Of a stretch of 64,000 bases of DNA, positions 56,351-64,000 are shown in pieces; the stretch's first letter is position 1, and every line of letters starts with the position of its first letter. Both the position numbers and the translations under genes were made by a program. Source of the stretch: Vicinamibacteria bacterium (GTDB taxonomy: Bacteria; Acidobacteriota; Vicinamibacteria; Vicinamibacterales; UBA8438); assembly GCA_022821235.1 (NCBI GenBank), contig JAJEEA010000337.1:308-64307 (forward strand), in the 5' to 3' direction. Under the pieces are notes generated by a model. It had not been told where the DNA came from. It saw only the letters and a list, made by a program, of their open reading frames with translations, and did no database searches.

Positions 56351-57613
56351 ATGGATCCGGTCCGCAACCCGTACAGCCCGGGCGCCGGTGCGCCGCCGCC
56401 GGCGCTGGTGGGCGGCGATGCCGAGCTCGCGACCTGCGACGTGGCCATCCAGCGCTTCGGCTTGGGAAAGCCGGAACGCAGCGTGCTTCTGACGGGACTG
56501 CGGGGTGTCGGCAAGACGGTGCTGCTTCGGGAGTTCGGCCGTTTGGCCGAGGGCCACCGGTGGGTGCATCACGCGGTCGAGATCACGGAAGAGCTCGAGT
56601 TCGTGGAAGAGATGAGCGCCCTGGCGCATGGGGCGCTGCGAGCGCTGTCGCCCGGCAGAATCGTGGTGGACCGCGCGCGCCGGGCCCTTGGCGTGCTGAA
56701 GTCCTTTCAGCTCAAGTGGAAGCTGCCCGATGAAGGTGACGTGGTCATGGGCCTGGATCCGGTCTCGGGTCCGGCCGACTCGGGGTTGCTCGATCGCGAC
56801 CTGGCCGGACTGCTTCTCGAGATTGGCGCGGTGGCGCGGGCGCGCGGCGTCGGGATCCTGGTCACGATCGACGAGGTGCAGAACCTGGCCCGGGAACACC
56901 TCGGCGCCCTGATGGTGGCTCTGCATCGGGTGAGTCAGGAACAGTTGCCGATCATGGTGGCCGCGGCGGGCTTGCCGACGGTTCCCAGACTCGTCGGGGA
57001 AGCCAAGACCTACGCGGAGCGGCTCTTTCACTTCCGGATGATAAACAGCCTGGCGGACGCCGACGCGCGGGCAGCTCTGGCGACGCCGGCGGATGCGGAG
57101 GGAGTCCGTTGGCGCGGGGCGGCGCTCGATCGCGTCCTGGCGGAAACCAGGGGCTATCCCTACTTCATCCAGGAGTTCGGCAAGCACGCCTGGGACTCGG
57201 CGGACGGACCCGACCAGATTACGGCCGACGACGTGGACATCGCCGTGCCACGCGCCACCCGTGAACTCGACGCGGGGTTCTTTCGCGTACGGATCGACCG
57301 GACCAGCCGGGAGGAACAGGCGTTCCTCGCGGTCCTGGGAGGCGCGCCCCACCACGCTGAGGTCGTCCGCACCATCGAGACATGGAGCAATGACGATTCG
57401 TGGATCGGCAAGGCGGTGGCGGACATCAAGGGGTCCACGGGGGGCACAAGGCAGGGCGTGGCGGAGCGGCTCCGCGATTCCCTGATCGCGAAGGGACTCT
57501 GCTACTCGCCGCGGGAGGGGAGAATCGACTTCACCGTGCCGCTCTTCGGCGAGTTCCTGCACCGCCAGGAGGGCAGGGTCGGCGGGATGGAATCGGCGCT
57601 TCCGCCGCCGTGA
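56351..57613 (+). CDS. AAA+ ATPase (Arch_ATPase/ORC-Cdc6-like) with a probable C-terminal winged helix
   Basis: Walker A is LTGLRGVGKT and Walker B is GILVTIDEVQNL. 420 aa. Confidence 0.75.
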   Translation: MDPVRNPYSPGAGAPPPALVGGDAELATCDVAIQRFGLGKPERSVLLTGLRGVGKTVLLREFGRLAEGHRWVHHAVEITEELEFVEEMSALAHGALRALSPGRIVVDRARRALGVLKSFQLKWKLPDEGDVVMGLDPVSGPADSGLLDRDLAGLLLEIGAVARARGVGILVTIDEVQNLAREHLGALMVALHRVSQEQLPIMVAAAGLPTVPRLVGEAKTYAERLFHFRMINSLADADARAALATPADAEGVRWRGAALDRVLAETRGYPYFIQEFGKHAWDSADGPDQITADDVDIAVPRATRELDAGFFRVRIDRTSREEQAFLAVLGGAPHHAEVVRTIETWSNDDSWIGKAVADIKGSTGGTRQGVAERLRDSLIAKGLCYSPREGRIDFTVPLFGEFLHRQEGRVGGMESALPPP

Positions 57614-57646
57614 TCGACGTGGTCAAGGCGGTCACAACGCGCCGGA

Positions 57647-57698
57647 TGAACAGGTCACGTACGGGTACGCTGAAGTCGGAGAATATGCACTCGCCGTC
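57647..57698 (-). repeat. orphan copy of the last ~52 nt of the Uma2 gene at 60586..61155
   Basis: TGAACAGGTCACGTACGGGTACGCTGAAGTCGGAGAATATGCACTCGCCGTC aligns with 60591-60642 at ~88% identity in the same orientation. It translates (minus strand) to ...GECIFSDFSVPVRDLF, against ...GEPVFSDFSVPVRDLFT* in the intact gene. Confidence 0.75.
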
Positions 57699-57779
57699 GT
57701 CGGTTTGGTCTCCCGGGAGGGAGGCGGTCGAACAGGCGTCGCGAGACGGCGGGCCCCCGCGCCAAACGAGGCCGGGGCG

Positions 57780-59051
57780 TCAGGCGGTCAGCAGGCCGGC
57801 CGGAACGACGCCGATGCCGTCGGTGCGCCGGTACGCCTCGCGACCGGTGGTGATGACGGCGGCGTCGAGCAGGTCGGGGCCGAGGCGGTCGGCGAGCCAC
57901 TGGAGGTGCCGGGTGTCGGCGTCGTCGACCGTCGTCGAGAGCTTCACCTCGAGCGCGACGACGCGGCCGTCGCGGCGTTCGACGATGAGGTCGACCTCGT
58001 GCTCGCCGCCGCGGGTCCGGAGGTGTCCGACGCGGGCCTCGTTGGTCTGGGCGTAGGTTCGGACCGAGAGCGTGACCAGCGACTCGAACAGGGCGCCGAG
58101 GAGCGTGCCCTCGCGCGGGACGGGAGGTCCGGCGGGGGCGCCGTCGACCAGGGCTCCAGTGTCGACGCCGAGGAGCTGGGCCGCCAGGGCGGGATCGGCG
58201 AGCTGGTGCACGGGGGCGGCCGCGAGCCGCCGCAGCCGGTTCCGGGTGGGGGCCCAGGCGGGAAGCGGCTCGATGATCCACAGTTGCTCCAGGACGGCCC
58301 GGTAGGGGCGGGTAGTCGTTTTCGCCGGCTTGTCGGATTCGCCGGCCGACGCCGCGTCGCGGATCGTCTCGTAGGACGCCGTCGTCGACGATGCGGCGGC
58401 ATAGGCGGCGAGCCACCGGCGCAGCGCGCCGGGGTTCCGCACGGGTCGGCCGAGTTCGACGAACTCCCTGTCCACGATGCGGTCGACATAGCCGTCGAGC
58501 TGGGCGCGAAGCAGGCGGCCGGTGTAGCTCCGCAGCGCCGGGAACCCCGACCGCGTGATCTCTTCCGCGTAGTCGGTCAGCGAGAGGGGGGTGGCGCCGC
58601 CGAGCGCCGGTCTGTCGCCCTGGAGGAGAGCGGCGAGCCGCACCGTGGGCGTGGTGATGGCACGTTCGGCGAGCGCCATCGGACGCATGCGCACGGTGAC
58701 GATGCGGCCGGCGCCGGAGTGCGTCGGCGCGTCGGTCGGCGCGGCGGACCCGGTCAGCAGGAACCGCGACGGGCGGGGGTCGCGGTCGACGGCGCGGCGT
58801 ACGAGGTCCCAGGACGCCGGCAGACGCTGCCACTCGTCGACCAGGATGGGCGGGTCTCCGGTGGTGATGCGCTCCGGCGCGCCGCGGACGATCTCGAGCT
58901 GGCCGGAGTCGTCCAGCCGGTGGACGGTCCGAGCGCGGCGCAGCGCGGTCTCGGTCTTGCCGACGGCCTTGGGGCCTTCCAGGGACACGGCCGGCAGCCC
59001 TTCGAGAAGCGCGTCGAGTTCGGTGTCCACGATCCGCGGCCGGTACTCCAC
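57780..59051 (-). CDS. AAA ATPase with DUF4143-type C-terminal domain (COG1373-like)
   Basis: Walker A is GPKAVGKT and Walker B is PPILVDEWQ. The C-terminal HEVDLIVERRDGRVVALEVKLS is a nuclease-like D...E-x-K. Confidence 0.85.
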   Translation of the reverse strand: MEYRPRIVDTELDALLEGLPAVSLEGPKAVGKTETALRRARTVHRLDDSGQLEIVRGAPERITTGDPPILVDEWQRLPASWDLVRRAVDRDPRPSRFLLTGSAAPTDAPTHSGAGRIVTVRMRPMALAERAITTPTVRLAALLQGDRPALGGATPLSLTDYAEEITRSGFPALRSYTGRLLRAQLDGYVDRIVDREFVELGRPVRNPGALRRWLAAYAAASSTTASYETIRDAASAGESDKPAKTTTRPYRAVLEQLWIIEPLPAWAPTRNRLRRLAAAPVHQLADPALAAQLLGVDTGALVDGAPAGPPVPREGTLLGALFESLVTLSVRTYAQTNEARVGHLRTRGGEHEVDLIVERRDGRVVALEVKLSTTVDDADTRHLQWLADRLGPDLLDAAVITTGREAYRRTDGIGVVPAGLLTA

Positions 59052-59069
59052 GGCCTCTACGATACCAGA

Positions 59070-59124
59070 TGGACGGCGTTTACGCTCCCGATTGGACGGC
59101 GTTTACGCTCCCGATTGGACGGCG
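59070..59124. repeat. 23-bp direct repeat x2.4 (TGGACGGCGTTTACGCTCCCGAT), followed by a 7-bp-stem palindrome
   Basis: 59070-59092 is identical to 59093-59115, with a partial third copy at 59116-59124. The palindrome CTGCATG-CTGAT-CATGCAG follows at 59125-59143. The repeats lie 19-90 nt upstream of the ATPase start at 59051. Confidence 0.85.
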
Positions 59125-59235
59125 CTGCATGCTGATCATGCAGGTGGCGCGGCCGCCAGGGCATCGAGCTTGCCGAGCGCCGGCGACCGGCCTGATCGTC
59201 GCGCGATCCGTTCGGGTTCGGGCGGCGGCTGGCGG

Positions 59236-60567
59236 TCAGCCGGCACTCCCCTCGAGCGGCAGCGGGCCGGTGGCGTGGCCCAGCGACTCGACCGGTACGC
59301 CAAGCCGGTCGAGCAGCGAGAGGTGCAGGTTGGCGAGGGGCGTATCGGCGGGGTAGCGCACGTGGCGCCCGCCCGGGCCCGCCCCGCCGCCGGCGAGCAG
59401 CACCGGCAGATTGTCCGAGGCGTGGGCGTTGCTGTCGGCCATGCCCGCGCCGTAGACGATCATCGAGTGGTCGAGCAGCGAGCCGTCGCCGTCGGGGGTC
59501 TCGCGCAGCCGCTCGAGGAAGCCGGCGAAGAGCTGCATGTGGTACAGGTTGATCTTCGTCAGCTTGGCCAGCTTCTCGGGGTCGCGCTGGTGGTGCGAGA
59601 TGGGGTGGTGGGCGTCGGGCACCCCGATCTCGGCGTAGGTCCGGCCGGTCAGCTCGCGCCCCAGCATGAAGGTGCCGACCCGCGTGAGGTCGGTCTCGAA
59701 GGCCAGCGCCAGCAGGTCGAACATCAGCTTCGCGTGCTCGCCGAAGGTGTCGGGAACGCCCTCCGGCTGGGCCACCACCGGCAGGTCGCGGTCGGCCTGC
59801 GCCTCCGCCGTCTGGATTCTCCGCTCGACGTCGCGCACCGCGTTCAGGTACTGGTCGAGCTTGAGGTTGTCGCTCGATCCCAGCCCGCGGGCGAGGTCGC
59901 GGGCGCGCTCGCGCACCGAGTCGAGGAGGCTCGCGTCCTTGCGGCGCCGGGCCCGGCGGACGCCGGCGTCGGTGCTGCCGGCGTCGCCGAACAGGCGCTC
60001 GAACACGATGCGCGGGTTGTTCTCCATCGGCAGCGGGGTCGTCTCGTCGGCCCACGCGATGGTGTTGGTGTAGGCGCAACTGAAGCCGAGGCCGCACGAG
60101 CCCGCGAAGTCGCGGCCGTCGATGGCCAGCTCGAGGGTCGCGAGCTGGGTCTCGCGGCCGAGGACGCGGCCCGCGATCTGGTCCATCGACACGCTGGCGA
60201 GGACGTCGGCCCCGTCCTCCCGCTTCGCGGGCACCCCGGTCAGGAACCGCGTCGACGCCCGCGGATGCGGTCCCGGCCCGGGCGCGCCGTGCATGCCCGA
60301 CAGCACCTGCACGTGGCGGCGCAGGGGCTCCAGAGGTTGCAGGATGGCGGGGAAGTCGAAGGCGGCGCCCTCGGCCGCCGGCACCCAGTGCTCCATCATC
60401 ATGCCGTTCGGCACGTACACCACGCCGAGCCGGCGTACCGGGCGCGCCGCGGTGTTGCGGAGCGCCGCGAACGCCGGGACCATGCCGTCGAGCAACGGCA
60501 GGGCGAGCGACGCGCCGAGCCCGCGCAGCACCGTCCGCCGCGGCAACGCCTTTCGGGTCAGGAACAT
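59236..60567 (-). CDS. DUF1552-family protein (TAT signal)
   Basis: MFLTRKALPRRTVLRGLGASLALPLLDGMVPAF...GVVYVPNG... is the characteristic DUF1552 N-terminus as I remember it. 443 aa. Confidence 0.8.
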   Translation of the reverse strand: MFLTRKALPRRTVLRGLGASLALPLLDGMVPAFAALRNTAARPVRRLGVVYVPNGMMMEHWVPAAEGAAFDFPAILQPLEPLRRHVQVLSGMHGAPGPGPHPRASTRFLTGVPAKREDGADVLASVSMDQIAGRVLGRETQLATLELAIDGRDFAGSCGLGFSCAYTNTIAWADETTPLPMENNPRIVFERLFGDAGSTDAGVRRARRRKDASLLDSVRERARDLARGLGSSDNLKLDQYLNAVRDVERRIQTAEAQADRDLPVVAQPEGVPDTFGEHAKLMFDLLALAFETDLTRVGTFMLGRELTGRTYAEIGVPDAHHPISHHQRDPEKLAKLTKINLYHMQLFAGFLERLRETPDGDGSLLDHSMIVYGAGMADSNAHASDNLPVLLAGGGAGPGGRHVRYPADTPLANLHLSLLDRLGVPVESLGHATGPLPLEGSAG

Positions 60568-60585
60568 GGGTGCACCTCAGGTGAA

Positions 60586-61155
60586 TCAGGTGAACAGGTC
60601 GCGTACGGGCACGCTGAAGTCGGAGAACACGGGCTCGCCGTCCAGAACGTCCGGCTCCGGGAACACGGCGGCCGGGCGCGCCGGGCGATGGACGGTCACC
60701 GACCGCGTCTCGGGATCGACGACCCAGACGAGCCGGGTCCCGGCCGCCAGCCAATCGTCGACCTTGGCCTGAACCGCCAGGGCGGAATCGCTGGGAGAGA
60801 CCACTTCGACCGCGAGGTCGGGCGCCAGCTCCAGGAATCCGGCCGGGGCTCCGCCCGACCCCCGACGGTCCCCGGCCACGAACGCCACGTCGGGGGCTCG
60901 GACCGTGTCCGGGTCGCGCTGGAGCAGGAACCCCGTTTCGGCCGCGAACACCCGGCCCAGGTTCCGGACGAGGACGTGGTTGCCGATGACCAGTCCGATC
61001 CGGTGTGCGACCTGCCCGTGACGTCCTCCGGCCGGCGTCATCACGATCAGGTCTCCTCGCACGAGCTCGGTCCGCCTTCCTTCCAGGGAAAGACGCGAGG
61101 ACAGAGCGGGAAGCTCCGTCGCCGTCACCACGGTGGTCCCGGTGGTCAAGGCCAT
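60586..61155 (-). CDS. Uma2-family endonuclease
   Basis: 189 aa containing ELVRGDLIVMTPAGGRHG, VRAPDVAFV and APDLAVEVVSPSD (the PD...E-V-x-S core). Confidence 0.85.
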   Translation of the reverse strand: MALTTGTTVVTATELPALSSRLSLEGRRTELVRGDLIVMTPAGGRHGQVAHRIGLVIGNHVLVRNLGRVFAAETGFLLQRDPDTVRAPDVAFVAGDRRGSGGAPAGFLELAPDLAVEVVSPSDSALAVQAKVDDWLAAGTRLVWVVDPETRSVTVHRPARPAAVFPEPDVLDGEPVFSDFSVPVRDLFT

Positions 61156-61403
61156 CGTCCTTGCGTGGGGCTACGATTGCGGCCTCCCGTCGCATTCTAA
61201 CAGTCCGCGGCCCGGGTGACGGCGGTCACCGGCGGTCACTCCGTCTTCAGGGTCACGAACGGATCCGCCCGCGAGGCGCGGCGGGCGGGCAGGTGGAGAC
61301 CCGCGATCATGGGCGCTCGATCCGCGCACCGGTCGATCTATGATTGGCGGGACCAGTAACGCCGAACAGCGCCGGACCGTTCCGGACCGGGAGGACCCTG
61401 ACC

Positions 61404-63449
61404 ATGACCCGTCCTGTTTCCGCGCTCGCCACCGTGTTCCTGCTGCTCGCCGGCACCGCGTCGGCCGACGTGGTGCGCATCGAGGTCGACGCCCGCCACG
61501 ACGTCGCCGACGGCCGCGCCTACGGGCTGGCCGGCCCCTACGAGGCGCTGAGCGGCATGGTGCACTTCGAGGTCGACCCCGCGAACCCCGCCAACCGCGT
61601 CGTCACCGACATCGACCTCGCGCCCCGGAACGAGCGGGGCATGGTCGAGTTCCGCTCCAACTTCTACCTGCTGAAGCCGTCCGACCCCGCCCGCGGCAAC
61701 GGCACCGTCCTCTACGAGGTGTCGAACCGCGGCGGCAAGGGCATGCTCGGCTACTTCAACAACGCCGCCGGCAGCCGCTACCCGCAGAGCGCCGAGGAGA
61801 TGGGCGACGGGTTCCTGCTCGAGAACGGCTTCTCGCTGCTGTGGCTCGGCTGGCAGTTCGACGTGCCGGTGCGCGAGGGCCAGATGCGGCTGCACACGCC
61901 GGTGGCGACCGACGACGGCGCGACCATCACCGGGCTGGTGCGGAGCGAGGTGGTGGTGAACGAGCGCACCTTCGACCGCTCGCTGGCCGACCGCAGCCAC
62001 ATCGCCTACGAGGTCGCCGACCCCGACGACCCCGCCAACGTGATGACCGTGCGCGACGGCGCCGGCCAGCCGAGGCGGGTGGTGCCGCGCGACCAGTGGC
62101 GCTTCGCGCGGCGCGAGGCGAACGGCGAGATCGTCGACGACCCGACCCGCGTCTACCTGGAGGGGGGGTTCGAGCCGCACAAGCTCTACGACATCGTCTA
62201 CGTGGCGAAGGACCCCGCGCTGGTCGGCCTCGGGCCCGCCGCGGTGCGCGACATGGTCTCGCGGATGAAGTACGGCGAGAGCCCCGAGCTGGGGCTGTCG
62301 GCGGGCTCGATCGACCACGCCATCGCCTGGGGGGTGTCGCAGAGCGGGCGCTTCCTGCGCACGTTCCTCTACCACGGCTACAACCGCGACGAGCAGGACC
62401 GCCGGGCGTTCGACGGCATCATGTCGCACGTCGCCGGCGGCGGGCGCGGAAGCTTCAACCACCGGTTCGCGCAGCCGTCGCGCGACGGGCACCCGTTCCT
62501 GAACAAGCTCTACCCGAGCGACATCTTCCCGTTCACCGACGTCACGCAGCACGACCCCGAGACGGACATGCAGGACGGGCTGCTCTCCGCCATCCAGCCC
62601 GGCCACATGCCGAAGGTCTTCTACACGAACTCGTCCTACGAGTACTGGGGGCGGGCGGCGTCGCTCATCCACACGACCATCGACGGGTCGGCCGACGCCC
62701 CCCTGATGGACAACGTGCGCATCTACTCGTTCGCGGGCGGGCAGCACGGCCCCGGGCGCTTCCCGCCGCGCCGCACGAGCGGCCAGCAGCCGAGCAACCC
62801 CAACGACTACTCGTGGTTCCTGCGCCCGCTGCTGCTGGCGATGAACGGATGGGTCGCCGACGACGCGGCGCTGCCCCCGGCCAGCGTCTACCCGCGCATC
62901 GCCGACGGCGACCTCGTCGCGTGGGACGCGGTGGGCTTCCCCGAGCTCCCCGGGGTCGGCCAGCCGGCCGAGCCGCACCTCGCGTACCGCGCCGTCTACG
63001 GGCCCGAGTTCCGGACGCGGGGCATCGTGACGGAGCAGCCGCCCGAGGTGCTGTCCACGTTCCCGATCCTCGTGCCCGCGGTCGACGCCGACGGCAACGA
63101 GACGGGCGGGCTGATGATGCCCGAGGTGGCGGTGCCGCTGGCCACCTACACCGGCTGGAACCTGTTCCGCGAGGGCGCGGGCCCGACCGACGTGCTGTCG
63201 AGCATGCAGGGGTCCTACGTCCCGTTCCCGCTGACGGCCGAAGACCGGGAGCGCATGGGCGACTCGCGCCGCTCCATCGAGGAGCGCTACGGCAGCCGCG
63301 CCGCCTATCTCGGCCTGGTGACCGAGGCGGCGCTGGCCCTCGTCGACCAGGGGTACCTGCTGGCCGGCGACTTGGCGCCGATCCTGTCGCAGGCGGCGCG
63401 CCACTGGGACTATCTGATGGAGGAGGACACCGGCGACGAGCAGCAGTGA
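61404..63449 (+). CDS. secreted conserved protein ('alpha/beta-hydrolase domain-containing' family as usually annotated)
   Basis: Signal peptide MTRPVSALATVFLLLAGTASA, then VVRIEVDARHDVADGRAYGLAGPYEALSGMVHFEVDPANPANRVVTDIDLAPRNERGMVEFRSNFYLLKP..GNGTVLYEVSNRGGK. The family assignment is from memory and not verified. Confidence 0.55.
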   Translation: MTRPVSALATVFLLLAGTASADVVRIEVDARHDVADGRAYGLAGPYEALSGMVHFEVDPANPANRVVTDIDLAPRNERGMVEFRSNFYLLKPSDPARGNGTVLYEVSNRGGKGMLGYFNNAAGSRYPQSAEEMGDGFLLENGFSLLWLGWQFDVPVREGQMRLHTPVATDDGATITGLVRSEVVVNERTFDRSLADRSHIAYEVADPDDPANVMTVRDGAGQPRRVVPRDQWRFARREANGEIVDDPTRVYLEGGFEPHKLYDIVYVAKDPALVGLGPAAVRDMVSRMKYGESPELGLSAGSIDHAIAWGVSQSGRFLRTFLYHGYNRDEQDRRAFDGIMSHVAGGGRGSFNHRFAQPSRDGHPFLNKLYPSDIFPFTDVTQHDPETDMQDGLLSAIQPGHMPKVFYTNSSYEYWGRAASLIHTTIDGSADAPLMDNVRIYSFAGGQHGPGRFPPRRTSGQQPSNPNDYSWFLRPLLLAMNGWVADDAALPPASVYPRIADGDLVAWDAVGFPELPGVGQPAEPHLAYRAVYGPEFRTRGIVTEQPPEVLSTFPILVPAVDADGNETGGLMMPEVAVPLATYTGWNLFREGAGPTDVLSSMQGSYVPFPLTAEDRERMGDSRRSIEERYGSRAAYLGLVTEAALALVDQGYLLAGDLAPILSQAARHWDYLMEEDTGDEQQ

Positions 63450-63734
63450 GGCGGTGAACGGGGTGGCGCCGTGTCTCCGGCCGCGGCGACACGGCGCTGC
63501 CACTTGTCGGCTTCGCGCGTGGGCGTCGGCTTCGCCCCGCGAGCCTTGCTCTCGCGCCGTTGTCTTCGGCGTGCTTCCGCGCCGGCAGGGTCAGCGAGCC
63601 CCTGGACGACGGTGGCGGCCGGCTGTGCAGGCCGTCGTTCGGATCCGTCGCCGCGAGGCGAATCCGGTCGTGGCGGCTTGCGCCTCGATCAGGACGGTGG
63701 CGGGGACCGCACCGTGATCGCCGTGCGGCCGTCG

Positions 63735-64000
63735 TCAGCTTCGCACCGCGGCGACACGGGAGGGGCCGGCTCGGGCCGCGGCCGCTCGTCCCGCCCTCAG
63801 CCAGCGTTTCCGCGCGTCGTTCAGCCGCCGGCGCAGCTCGTCGCCGGTGTCGACCCGCGGGCAGGTGTCGGAGACGTAGACGAGCCAGTTCCCCACGTAG
63901 ATGTCGAGCCACCGGCGGTAGTCGTCGAGCTCGCCTTCGTTCGACACCACCGACAGCGCGCGCTCGGCCCAGGTGTCGAAGCGCCGGAGCGCGAGGTCGA
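63735..64000 (-). CDS. hypothetical protein, C-terminal part only (gene runs off the window end)
   Basis: The minus-strand frame is open from the window edge: DLALRRFDTWAERALSVVSNEGELDDYRRWLDIYVGNWLVYVSDTCPRVDTGDELRRRLNDARKRWL...*. I do not recognise a family. Confidence 0.4.
   Translation of the reverse strand, partial: DLALRRFDTWAERALSVVSNEGELDDYRRWLDIYVGNWLVYVSDTCPRVDTGDELRRRLNDARKRWLRAGRAAAARAGPSRVAAVRS

Overview
By eye this is a roughly 70% GC bacterial chromosomal fragment. I computed no statistics and ran no database searches; every family call rests on motifs I recognise in the translated ORFs. Codon usage, the many Sec/TAT signal peptides and the gene families (DUF1552, PD40/TolB-like, PQQ dehydrogenases, DUF5916) suggest a Gemmatimonadota- or Acidobacteriota-like environmental genome, but that is inference only. 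The backbone is about 45 real genes. Most encode secreted hydrolases and oxidoreductases: two PQQ dehydrogenases, two MBL hydrolases, a form-II coxS-L-M cluster, an orphan XDH-family large subunit, a MopB molybdoenzyme, a SUOX-fold enzyme and a prolyl oligopeptidase. Many very long ORFs in the supplied track (for example 860..4348, 36661..40893, 18478..21381) are R/A/G/P-rich shadow frames of a high-GC genome and are not genes. Several lower-GC accessory islets interrupt the backbone. (1) At 4.9-7.4 kb, Phd/PIN and HicBA flank a decayed segment. (2) At 23.6-25.4 kb, a tightly coupled ABC-type ATPase plus Toprim-like small protein forms a candidate OLD/PARIS/AbiL-class defence pair. (3) At 28.2-29.5 kb, an AbiEii-type toxin sits with a non-canonical upstream partner. 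(4) At 34.7-36.8 kb there is an IS4 remnant and a Uma2-type nuclease carrying a recent 111-bp duplication. (5) At 44.3-44.8 kb there is an RHH antitoxin plus a truncated PIN. (6) At 55.1-61.2 kb there are a PD-(D/E)xK-like protein, two different AAA ATPases, an orphan DUF1552 gene and a Uma2 nuclease, with a duplicated Uma2 3' fragment bracketing part of the islet. The best-supported unusual signal is recoding: the ORFs 9469..10038 and 10204..10863 are one gene containing an in-frame UGA at the Cys position of a W-C-P-Y-C redox motif, followed by a SECIS-like hairpin. This predicts a selenoprotein. Other oddities are an in-frame TAG inside a cytochrome-c/monooxygenase-like gene, a CCGGCCGG repeat array that fills a whole intergenic region, several recent tandem duplications, and a PQQ alcohol dehydrogenase with the D-x-D signature associated with lanthanide dependence.
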